Origin: Thermodesulfobacteriota bacterium
GTDB lineage: Bacteria > Desulfobacterota > Binatia > Bin18
Direction of reading: 5' to 3'
Assembly: GCA_964291405.2 (NCBI GenBank)
Contig: OZ219926.1
Location: 3,296,001-3,360,000 of the forward strand
DNA length: 64,000 bases
Shown: positions 56,015 through 64,000 of the stretch, piece after piece
Numbering within the stretch: position 1 is the first letter of the stretch
Layout of the letters: every line of letters starts with the position of its first letter
Made by a program: the position numbers and the translations under genes
Notes under the pieces: generated by a model
Told to the model about the DNA's origin: nothing
Seen by the model: the letters and a program-made list of their open reading frames with translations, nothing else
Databases searched by the model: none

Positions 56015-58090
56015 CTATTCACACGCGATAATCAAAATGCCGTGCCGATCAACCTCCGCGGATAAGCCTGGGTTGACCACCACCGTGCTATCGAGTTGCT
56101 CAATAATGGCCGGGCCGGTGATGATATTCCCGGCTTGTAAGCGCTCTCGATCGTAGAAGTCGGTCGCGAGTTTTTCCGGTGTCCCGTCCCTATTGAATAT
56201 CACATCGAGCGTCGCGATTCGGGCCGCGTCCGGGGACCTGTCCCCGGTCGGAATCTCTTTCAGCCGCAGTTCGGGAATCAGACCCACCCCCTGGACACGA
56301 ATATTGACCAACTGGATATCGCTGTCCGGAAAGCGTCGGACATACTCACGCTCGTGCGCCTGGTGGAACGCCTCTGTCGCCTGTTGCTGCCAATCGGCCG
56401 TGATCTCGCCGGCGGGTAACTCAACCCGCAGCTCATAGCCCTGGCCGATATAGCGGCAATCGGCAATACGGCGGATTAATGACTGGTCGGCCCCGAGATT
56501 GTCGGCCTGGAGCCGTTCGCTGGCCTGGCGTTCCAGGGCGGCAAAGTCCGCGGCCAGCTTGTCGCGATCAAGAGCCGAGAAAAGCTGCATCTCGGTCGTG
56601 ACAAACTCGTACACGATATCCGTTGCCAGCAGCCCGAGCGCCGACGTAATGCCGGGATAGCGGGGAACCAGGACGGTGGGGATGCGCAGCTCTCGGGCGA
56701 TATCACAGGCAAACACGGGTCCGGCTCCGCCGGCGGCAACCAGGACAAAGTCACGTGGATCATAGCCCTTCTGGACACTGCTGATTTCAATACCCTCAAC
56801 CATACTCTGGGTGAGAATCCGAACCGCGCCCAGGGCGGCTTCCTCCACACCCAGGCCCAAGGGCTGGCACAGCTCTCGTTGGACGGCCTCTGCGGCGAGG
56901 CCGGGTTGAATCTGGACTTGGCCGCCGAGAACATTCTCGGCTCGCAGCCTGCCGAGCACCACCAGCGCATCGGTCGCTGTCGGAAGGCTCCCGCCCCTGC
57001 CATAACACGCCGGACCGGGGTCTGCCCCCGCACTTTTGGGACCAACCCGGAACATGCCGCCCGCGTCAAGATAGGCCAGACTCCCCCCGCCCGCGCCAAT
57101 CGCGTCAATCTCGACCATGGGAATCATGGCGTGATAACCGGCCACTTTGGTGTCGAGGAGATGCTTCATCCGCATCTGCCCGTCCGGCGCAACGCCAATG
57201 TCCGCGGAGGTGCCGCCGACATCAAGGGTAATCACGCTGGGCGAGCCCGTGCTCTTGCCGGTCCAAATCCCGCCGATCAGGCCCGCCACCGGTCCGGACA
57301 TGAGCAGGTTGACCGGGCGTTGAGCCGCGCCTTCGGTGGTCGCGACCCCGCCGACCGAGGTCATCAGGTGGAGCCCGCCACGTATGCCTTTGTCCGTGAT
57401 CGTCCGGTCGAGGCGGCGGACGTACTGACTGACCTGAGGACCGACATAGGCATTCAGACAGACCGTGCTGAAGCCTTCGTACTCACGGTATTGGGGCAGG
57501 ACCTCGTGCCGGACGGATAAATAACACTCCGGGTATTCTTCAAGAATGATCTCCTTGGTGCGTTGCTCGTGCTCTGGGTTGAGAAAGGAGAACAGAAAGC
57601 ACACGGCAATGGCTTCCACGCCCTCACGCTTGAGTCGCCGGACGGCCTCCCGCACCTCGTCTTCGTCAAGTGGGGTCAACACCTCGCCCTGAGGGGCAAT
57701 GATGCGCTCGCTGATCGGGCGTCGATAGCGCCGGCGGACCAAGGGATGTTTTTGCCACGGCACATCCTGGTAGAGGCTGAACGATAAGGGTCGCTTGTGG
57801 CGGGCGATATGCAGAATGTCGCGATACCCCCTGGTCGTCAGCATACCGACCTGCGCTCCGGCGTGCTCCAGCACTATATTGGTGGCAATAGTCGTCCCGT
57901 GAAAGAAGTGGTCAATCTGAGCGACCGGAATGCCGACGTGCGCGCACAGCGCCTCCACCCCGTCGAGCGTGGCCTGAGAGGGGTCAGCCGGTGTACTGGG
58001 CAGCTTATAGACCACCACCTCACCCTTGTCCTCATCGACATAGATCAGATCGGTAAACGTTCCACCGACATCGACCCCGACACGTTTCAT
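56015..58090 (-). CDS. Hydantoinase A/oxoprolinase family subunit
   Basis: GVDVGGTFTD, HGTTIATN, SGPVAG, DVGGTSAD, GPKSAGADPGPACYG; start set to ATG 58090. Confidence 0.93.
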   Translation of the reverse strand: MKRVGVDVGGTFTDLIYVDEDKGEVVVYKLPSTPADPSQATLDGVEALCAHVGIPVAQIDHFFHGTTIATNIVLEHAGAQVGMLTTRGYRDILHIARHKRPLSFSLYQDVPWQKHPLVRRRYRRPISERIIAPQGEVLTPLDEDEVREAVRRLKREGVEAIAVCFLFSFLNPEHEQRTKEIILEEYPECYLSVRHEVLPQYREYEGFSTVCLNAYVGPQVSQYVRRLDRTITDKGIRGGLHLMTSVGGVATTEGAAQRPVNLLMSGPVAGLIGGIWTGKSTGSPSVITLDVGGTSADIGVAPDGQMRMKHLLDTKVAGYHAMIPMVEIDAIGAGGGSLAYLDAGGMFRVGPKSAGADPGPACYGRGGSLPTATDALVVLGRLRAENVLGGQVQIQPGLAAEAVQRELCQPLGLGVEEAALGAVRILTQSMVEGIEISSVQKGYDPRDFVLVAAGGAGPVFACDIARELRIPTVLVPRYPGITSALGLLATDIVYEFVTTEMQLFSALDRDKLAADFAALERQASERLQADNLGADQSLIRRIADCRYIGQGYELRVELPAGEITADWQQQATEAFHQAHEREYVRRFPDSDIQLVNIRVQGVGLIPELRLKEIPTGDRSPDAARIATLDVIFNRDGTPEKLATDFYDRERLQAGNIITGPAIIEQLDSTVVVNPGLSAEVDRHGILIIACE

Positions 58091-58201
58091 GGCTATGCTG
58101 TTTCCTCGAAGTATGGATTGCAGCCCTTGTACGGCATTCCGGCCTGACTGGTCAAATGCTTGGTCGCACTCACAGGCACGGGGTTGCGGAAACGAGGCAG
58201 T

Positions 58202-59545
58202 ATGCTGAGCACCGTCGAACACCTCAACAATCTCGTCAACGCGGTGGTCTGGGGCCCGCCCCTGATGATCCTCCTGATCGGAACCGGGGTGTATCTCAGC
58301 TTTCGTCTGGGATGGATCCAACTGACGCACTTCCTCTTGATCTGGCGTTCAACCCTGGGTCGCCTCCTCTCCGGGCGAACGGAAGCCGATGCCGGCGAGC
58401 TGAGTGCGTTTCAGGCCGTCAGTTCGGCCATGGCGGCAACGGTCGGAGTCGGGAATATCGTTGGGGTCAGTACGGCCATGTATTGGGGCGGGCCGGGGGC
58501 CTTGTTCTGGATGTGGATAACGGCCGGGGTGGGTATGGCGACCAAGTTCAGCGAGGTCGTGCTGGGCATGAAATACCGTCAGGTCAAGGCGGACAGTGGC
58601 GAGGTTGTCGGCGGTCCGATGTATTATATTGCCGACGGCCTGGGCCGGAAGTGGCTGGCCGGCGTGTATGCCTTTCTGACCGGTGCGGCCGCGCTGGGTA
58701 TCGGCAATATGGTCCAGGCGAATACGGTGGCGGCGAGTCTGTATGAAACCTTCAGCCTGCCCCGACCGATCGCCGGGGGATGCGTGGTTGCTCTGGTGGC
58801 GGTGGTCATCCTGGGCGGGGTACGGCGCATTGGCCGGACCACCTCATATCTGGTGCCCTTTATGGCCGTGCTCTATCTGGCCGGCGGTGTGGTGATTCTC
58901 CTGCGCTACGCCTCGGCCCTGCCGGACGCGTTCGCGACGATCATTACCTCCGCCTTCACGCCCGCCGCCCCGGTTGGAGCCTGGGGAGGAGCGACCGTGA
59001 TGCTGGCCATGCGCTACGGGCTGGCGCGCGGCATCTTTTCCAATGAGGCTGGACTGGGCTCGGCCTCCATTGTGCACGCCCAAGCCAAGAACACGCCGGT
59101 CGGACAGGGCTTTTGGGGTATGTGGGAGGTGTGCGTAGATACCCTGATTGTCGCCAGCGTCACCGGGCTGGTGATTATGGTGACGGGTGTCCTCGGCCAG
59201 GCGGACACCTCTCCGGGGCTCTTGGCCGCGGCAGCCTTTGCCCAGGGTCTGCCCGGTCTGGGAGACTATCTGGTCTTTATCTGTTTGATCCTGTTTGCCT
59301 ATAGCACCATGCTGACGTGGAGTTTTTATGGCGGGCAGGCCTGGGAGTACCTGTTCGGCAAGGTAGCGGTGATCCCGTATCGGATCTTGTTTCTGGCCTT
59401 TCTCTATATCGGCGCAACCGGTGGTTTACGGCTGGTCTGGGACGTCTCTGACACGCTGAACGGCATGATGGCTATCCCGAACCTGATTGCCCTCCTCGTC
59501 CTGGCCAAGGTGGTCGAGCGGGAGAAGCAGACCACCCTCACGTAA
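58202..59545 (+). CDS. Alanine/glycine:cation symporter (AGCS) family
   Basis: ATVGVGNIVGV, GGPGALFWMW, GGPMYYI, RGIFSNEAGLGS, MAIPNLIAL. Confidence 0.95.
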   Translation: MLSTVEHLNNLVNAVVWGPPLMILLIGTGVYLSFRLGWIQLTHFLLIWRSTLGRLLSGRTEADAGELSAFQAVSSAMAATVGVGNIVGVSTAMYWGGPGALFWMWITAGVGMATKFSEVVLGMKYRQVKADSGEVVGGPMYYIADGLGRKWLAGVYAFLTGAAALGIGNMVQANTVAASLYETFSLPRPIAGGCVVALVAVVILGGVRRIGRTTSYLVPFMAVLYLAGGVVILLRYASALPDAFATIITSAFTPAAPVGAWGGATVMLAMRYGLARGIFSNEAGLGSASIVHAQAKNTPVGQGFWGMWEVCVDTLIVASVTGLVIMVTGVLGQADTSPGLLAAAAFAQGLPGLGDYLVFICLILFAYSTMLTWSFYGGQAWEYLFGKVAVIPYRILFLAFLYIGATGGLRLVWDVSDTLNGMMAIPNLIALLVLAKVVEREKQTTLT

Positions 59546-59569
59546 TGGTGCGGCACTCGCTCAACCGGG

Positions 59570-60223
59570 CTAAATCTCGAAGCGCGCCTGCATCCGTTCC
59601 CACCAGCGGGCCAGGGACGGAGCCGCGTCAAACAGCGGCTCATCGCTCACCCGCATCGCGAAGGTGAACGAGCCGAACAGGCATACGTCGGCATAGGTAA
59701 ACACCTCAAACAGATACTCATGGCCCAAGGCGACGGCCTCCAGGTCGGCCAGGACGGATTTGAGACGGGGGCGAAAGTCGTCGCGTCTGGTGGCGAGGTC
59801 TTCCAGTGTTGCGCCGAACCGGGCTTCCCGGTTTTCCCGAAAATAGGTGCGGTCCACCGGCTCGATCTTTTCAAAGATGTCGTACACCACGACCGGAACG
59901 AGCGCCGGATGGAGCGTATTGTCGATATACAGATTAAAAAACCGACAGGCCTCTTTCATCCCCGGACCGGGGAAGAGCTTGGCCTCCGGATAGTGGTCTT
60001 CCAAATACTCGGCAATCTTCCACGAATCGGAGACAACCGTGCCGTTGTCCCTAATGACCGGCACCCGGTCCTGCTTGGAAAAAGCCAGTTTGTCTTTATC
60101 GCAGAAGCGAATCGGGAGCGTGGTATAGTCCAGGCCCTTATAGCGTAAGGCCACCTTGGTCCGCGAACAGAACGGACTAAAGCGCAAACTATCCGCGCCG
60201 GCCAGGTCGTAGACTTCGATCAT
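59570..60223 (-). CDS. Glutathione S-transferase, LigE/beta-etherase-like
   Basis: YDLAG...FSPFCSRTKVALRYKGL, RVPVIRD, DSWKIAEYLE, YADVCLFG. Confidence 0.8.
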   Translation of the reverse strand: MIEVYDLAGADSLRFSPFCSRTKVALRYKGLDYTTLPIRFCDKDKLAFSKQDRVPVIRDNGTVVSDSWKIAEYLEDHYPEAKLFPGPGMKEACRFFNLYIDNTLHPALVPVVVYDIFEKIEPVDRTYFRENREARFGATLEDLATRRDDFRPRLKSVLADLEAVALGHEYLFEVFTYADVCLFGSFTFAMRVSDEPLFDAAPSLARWWERMQARFEI

Positions 60224-60367
60224 GGGATTCTCCTCTCTGAGCGGGTCTTTCGTCATTTCCAATAAAGCGGACAGAAGTCAAGGCACCGGCCCGGTTGGCG
60301 GAAGGGCCTGCCTGGGATAGGCTGGCGTGAACGTCGGACGAGACCAGGAACAAAGGAGGCTATATTC

Positions 60368-61543
60368 ATGCGAGAAGCCGTTATTGTATCATCCGCCCGG
60401 ACCGGCATTGGCAAAGCCTTTCGGGGCAGCCTGAATAAAACCAGCGGTGCGACCCTGGGCGCGCATGTCATTAAAAACGCGGTCGAACGGGCCGGGGTGG
60501 AGCCGGCAGAGGTTGAAGACGTGGTGTTCGGCTGTGGACTGCCGGAAGGTTCAACCGGGCATAATGTGGCGCGAACCTCAGCCGTGAAAGCCGGTCTGCC
60601 CGTCACCACCTCCGGCATGACTATCAACCGCTACTGCTCCTCCGGTCTGCAGGCGATCAGCACCGCGGCCAACCGGATTATCGTCGATGGGGCCGACGTC
60701 ATGGTGGCTGGCGGAGTCGAGTCGATCAGCCTGGTCCAAAACAATCTGAACACCAAGAATTTTGTTGACGGCTGGCTCATGGACAACAAGCCCGAGATCT
60801 ATTTCCCCATGTTGAAGACGGCCGAGATTGTCGCCCAGCGCTATCAGGTCTCGCGCGAGTCGCAAGATGAGTACGCCCTGGCCAGCCAGCAGCGGACCGC
60901 AGCCGGCCAGGCGGACGGCAAATTCGACGACGAGATCGTGCCCATCACCACAGTCATGGATGTGACCAACAAGGAAACGGGCGAGGTCACACAAAAAGAG
61001 GTCACGCTCTCTCGGGATGAGGGCAACCGGCCCACGACCAATATGGAGGGCCTCACCGCGCTCCCGTCGGTGACTGACGGTTCGATTACCGCCGGCAATT
61101 CCAGCCAGTTGTCCGACGGGGCCGCTGCGGTGGTGTTGATGGAAGCCAAAGAGGCCGAGAAGCGCGGCCTGCAACCCCTGGGTCTCTACAAAGGGCTGAT
61201 CGCCACCGGCTGTGAGCCGGATGAAATGGGGATCGGTCCGGTCTTCGCCATTCCGAAGCTGCTTGAGCGCCACGGCCTGACGATGGACGATATTGATCTA
61301 TGGGAACTCAACGAAGCCTTTGCCGTACAAACGGTCTATTGCCGCGACCGACTCGGCATTTCCATGGAGAACTACAATGTGAACGGCGGCTCCATCTCGA
61401 TCGGTCATCCGTACGGCATGACCGGCGCCCGTCAGGTCGGGCACATCTTGCGTGAGGGCAAACGGCGGGGTGCCAAGAACGTGGTGGTGACCATGTGTGT
61501 CGGTGGCGGGATGGGCGTGGCCGGACTGTTTGAGGTGTTGTAG
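60368..61543 (+). CDS. Acetyl-CoA C-acyltransferase (thiolase)
   Basis: [39 protein letters not shown]. Confidence 0.96.
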   Translation: MREAVIVSSARTGIGKAFRGSLNKTSGATLGAHVIKNAVERAGVEPAEVEDVVFGCGLPEGSTGHNVARTSAVKAGLPVTTSGMTINRYCSSGLQAISTAANRIIVDGADVMVAGGVESISLVQNNLNTKNFVDGWLMDNKPEIYFPMLKTAEIVAQRYQVSRESQDEYALASQQRTAAGQADGKFDDEIVPITTVMDVTNKETGEVTQKEVTLSRDEGNRPTTNMEGLTALPSVTDGSITAGNSSQLSDGAAAVVLMEAKEAEKRGLQPLGLYKGLIATGCEPDEMGIGPVFAIPKLLERHGLTMDDIDLWELNEAFAVQTVYCRDRLGISMENYNVNGGSISIGHPYGMTGARQVGHILREGKRRGAKNVVVTMCVGGGMGVAGLFEVL

Positions 61544-61569
61544 CGCGTCGGGTCTCCGAAGACCCGATC

Positions 61570-61598
61570 AAAAAAGAGGGGCAGGCAGGCCTGCCCCT
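61570..61598 (-). terminator. Intrinsic terminator of tpx
   Basis: AGGGGCAGG-CAGG-CCTGCCCCT stem with an upstream A6 run (U-tract on the minus strand), between convergent genes. Confidence 0.65.
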
Positions 61599-61614
61599 AC
61601 GAAACATGCAGGGT

Positions 61615-62130
61615 CTACGCGGCGGCAGCCTTGGCTGCATTCAGGGCTGCGTCATAATCCGGCTCGTTGGCGATCTCCGATACGTATTCAACGTGCCTGA
61701 GCGTTCCGTCTTTTCCCACAACGAACACCGCGCGGGCGGTTATGCCGGCCAGCGGCCCATCCGCGATCAACACGCCGTAGCCTTCGGCAAAGGCCCGGTC
61801 ACGAAAGTCCGACAAGGTTTTTACTTGTTCCACGCCGGCCGCGCCGCACCAGCGCTTCTGAGCGAACGGTAAATCCATACTCACCGTCCAGATTTCGATC
61901 CCCTCGCCGAGCTTGGCGGCTTCTTCGTTAAAACGCCGCGTCTCCGTGTCGCACACCGGCGTGTCAACAGACGGGACCGCACTCAGAATAATTACCTTCC
62001 CCTGGGCCTCGCTCAGCTTGACCGGCTGCAGATCGTTATTGACCACGGTGAAGTCCGGGGCGGCCTGACCAACCGATACTTCCGACCCGCCCAGGCTTAG
62101 AGGATTGCCTTGTAAAGTGACTGATGCCAT
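61615..62130 (-). CDS. tpx: Thiol peroxidase Tpx
   Basis: VPSVDTPVCDTETRRFN, SMDLPFAQKRWCG, EPDYDAAL. Confidence 0.95.
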   Translation of the reverse strand: MASVTLQGNPLSLGGSEVSVGQAAPDFTVVNNDLQPVKLSEAQGKVIILSAVPSVDTPVCDTETRRFNEEAAKLGEGIEIWTVSMDLPFAQKRWCGAAGVEQVKTLSDFRDRAFAEGYGVLIADGPLAGITARAVFVVGKDGTLRHVEYVSEIANEPDYDAALNAAKAAAA

Positions 62131-62290
62131 TTCAACCTCCTTGTCTTGCTCTCACATATCGTTCCTGAATAATGGAGAGAGCATTCTACTTGGACGCATT
62201 TGAATTGCAACGTCCCTCGCGCATGGAGCATGATTGAGCCAAAGGGGCTGGCTATTCGAGGAGTATGCAGGGGCAAGGAGGAGGAGACGT

Positions 62291-62953
62291 ATGTGTGGTC
62301 GCTACAGTCTGACGACAGATGAGAAGCAGCTCCAGGCTCGGTTTGTGGCGCGAACCATGCCTCGTACGCAAACCGCGCGGTACAATATCGCGCCGACCCA
62401 GCCGGTGTGGGCGCTAGTCTATGCGCAGGAATCACAGATCGTAGCGTTACGTTGGGGGTTGATCCCGTCCTGGGCCAAGGACAAAGCCATCGGCAACCGG
62501 ATGATTAACGCCCGCGCCGAAGGGGTCGCAGAAAAGCCGAGCTTTCGCCGGGCGATTCGGAAGCGGCGCTGTCTGGTATTGGCCGACGGTTTTTATGAAT
62601 GGAAAAAGACCGGGCCATCCAAAGTGCCGTATTATATCCGGCTGAAATCCGGTGAGCCGTTTGGGTTTGCCGGTTTATGGGAACGCTGGGCTGGATCGTC
62701 CGGAGAAACGATTCATTCGTGCACCATTATCACCACCACACCGAACGAACTCATGGCAGACATCCATCACCGCATGCCGGTGATGGTCCCTCGTGAGGCT
62801 GAAGAGCACTGGCTCGACCCAACGGTCGAAGACCCGCAGAAAGTTCTGCCCCTCCTCCAACCATACCCTGCCGGCGAGATGGAAGCCTACGCGGTCTCAA
62901 CCCTGGTAAATTCTCCACGCAACGATGTGGCGGCCTGTGTTGAGCCAGCGTAG
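62291..62953 (+). CDS. SOS response-associated peptidase (SRAP/YedK/HMCES)
   Basis: N-terminal MCGRY, YNIAPTQ, RWGLIPSW, INARAE, GFYEW, IHHRMPV. Confidence 0.95.
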   Translation: MCGRYSLTTDEKQLQARFVARTMPRTQTARYNIAPTQPVWALVYAQESQIVALRWGLIPSWAKDKAIGNRMINARAEGVAEKPSFRRAIRKRRCLVLADGFYEWKKTGPSKVPYYIRLKSGEPFGFAGLWERWAGSSGETIHSCTIITTTPNELMADIHHRMPVMVPREAEEHWLDPTVEDPQKVLPLLQPYPAGEMEAYAVSTLVNSPRNDVAACVEPA

Positions 62954-62970
62954 CATACTCGAAACATGAA

Positions 62971-63516
62971 TTAGCCACCCGTTTCTTTGGCGTCTGGCTC
63001 AAGATCAACCTGGGTCGCCGTGAGGAAACGGACAACCATATTATAGAACGCGGTATTCAAGCTGAGTTCGACGATCTGTTCCTCATTGAGAAAGGCACGG
63101 AGCGCGTCAAAGGTCGTATCCGCAATCTGTACCTGCTCGGTCATCTCGGTTGCGTAGCGAATAACGGTGCGTTCGTGTTCGTTAAAAGCCGGGCTGGTCT
63201 CCCAGTCCGCAAGTTTTTCTACTTGTTCAGAACTCACCCCAACTCGTTGGGCCAAGGCTTTATGGTGGGTATATTCATATTCGCAGTCGGTTAGCCTGCC
63301 GACTGTCATGATAGCGAGTTCCCGCAACCGAGGGTCAAGCGTGGTCCGATTCCGCAGCCCATCGCTGAAGTACAGCATTCGACGTAGGAGCAACGGGCTG
63401 TGCGCCACGATCCGAAAGATATTGCCAATCGAGCCGCGTTGTTTGAGAAGATCATCAAAAATATCGCGCTCAAGTTCAGGCAGGTCATCTCGGTCCAGAT
63501 AGGCTAAACGGGCCAT
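62971..63516 (-). CDS. Carboxymuconolactone decarboxylase family protein
   Basis: LDPRLRELAI, CEYEYTHH, FYNMVVRF; GGAAAGGA upstream of ATG 63516. Confidence 0.85.
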   Translation of the reverse strand: MARLAYLDRDDLPELERDIFDDLLKQRGSIGNIFRIVAHSPLLLRRMLYFSDGLRNRTTLDPRLRELAIMTVGRLTDCEYEYTHHKALAQRVGVSSEQVEKLADWETSPAFNEHERTVIRYATEMTEQVQIADTTFDALRAFLNEEQIVELSLNTAFYNMVVRFLTATQVDLEPDAKETGG

Positions 63517-63538
63517 GCTGATTTCCTTTCCGGTGTGA

Positions 63539-64000
63539 TTACTCCGAATTCTTTCCGGATTTTTCTCCAAATTCGGGCGTGCGCTTATCCAGGAAGGCGC
63601 GCATGCCCTCGCGGGCGTCGTCGGACAAAAAGGCCGCTTTCTGGGCTCGGTACTCATAGGCCAGGGCTTGTTCGAGTGACGCGCTAGCGCCGAGGTAGAC
63701 GCCTTCTTTGATCCGAGCCAGGGTCTCGGCCGGACCTGTAGCCAGCGTCCGCACAAAATTGAGCGTGTCTTCCCAAAAACTCTCAAGCGGATAGACATGA
63801 TTCAGCAGGCCCAACCGCAAGGCTTCTTCGGCTCTGATCCGGTCGCCGGTCATCATGAGTTCCATAGCCTTGGCCGTTCCAACCAGGCGGGACAAAAAGA
63901 AGAATCCGCCCCAGTCGGGGACCAGGCCAATCTTCACAAAGCTCTCGGAGAAGAGGGCTTTGTCCGAACCGAGTCGAAAGTCGCAGCTTAATGCCAGATT
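63539..64000 (-). CDS. Enoyl-CoA hydratase (5' part outside the window)
   Basis: Frame is open to the window end: NLALSCDFRLGSDKALFSESFVKIGLVPDWGG...EGMRAFLDKRTPEF. Confidence 0.9.
   Translation of the reverse strand, partial: NLALSCDFRLGSDKALFSESFVKIGLVPDWGGFFFLSRLVGTAKAMELMMTGDRIRAEEALRLGLLNHVYPLESFWEDTLNFVRTLATGPAETLARIKEGVYLGASASLEQALAYEYRAQKAAFLSDDAREGMRAFLDKRTPEFGEKSGKNSE

Noticed and set aside
56015-58330. N-terminal extensions in the ORF track (also at 1607, 2479, 6371, 28986, 37072, 51083, 63798)
   Set aside because: They overlap neighbouring genes, and family homology or an RBS begins at later starts
1-64000. tRNA, rRNA, prophage or autonomous IS
   Set aside because: No such sequence or transposase/integrase ORF was recognised, and the intergenic gaps are short

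Overview
GC-rich bacterial chromosomal window with about 60 CDS and no rRNA, tRNA, CRISPR array or transposase seen. Gene content is dominated by catabolic and redox paralogs (7 luciferase-like monooxygenases, 5 acyl-CoA dehydrogenases, 4 enoyl-CoA hydratases, GSTs, Bcp/Tpx/AhpD, a haloalkane dehalogenase, hydantoinase A/B), plus a core block (UvrD-like helicase, argS, dprA-topA-trmFO, TPR and LolB-like lipoproteins, pyrE). This profile suggests a Binatia/Tectomicrobia-like lineage (inference only). Signals the ORF track misses: (1) a rhodanese-type sulfurtransferase whose active-site codon is an in-frame UGA followed directly by a SECIS-like hairpin, i.e. a selenoprotein; (2) two families of short palindromic elements (40-bp 'A' x6, 54-bp 'B' x5) with compensatory base changes, where one B copy is inserted exactly, without target duplication, inside an A copy, and copies bracket single genes; (3) a 35-codon catalase C-terminal remnant behind an intact oxyR and OxyR-type box; (4) an E. 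coli-type TopA inside dprA-topA-trmFO synteny; (5) an islet of HigBA plus an AT-rich orphan PD-(D/E)xK-like nuclease. Product calls come from motif recognition, not database searches.
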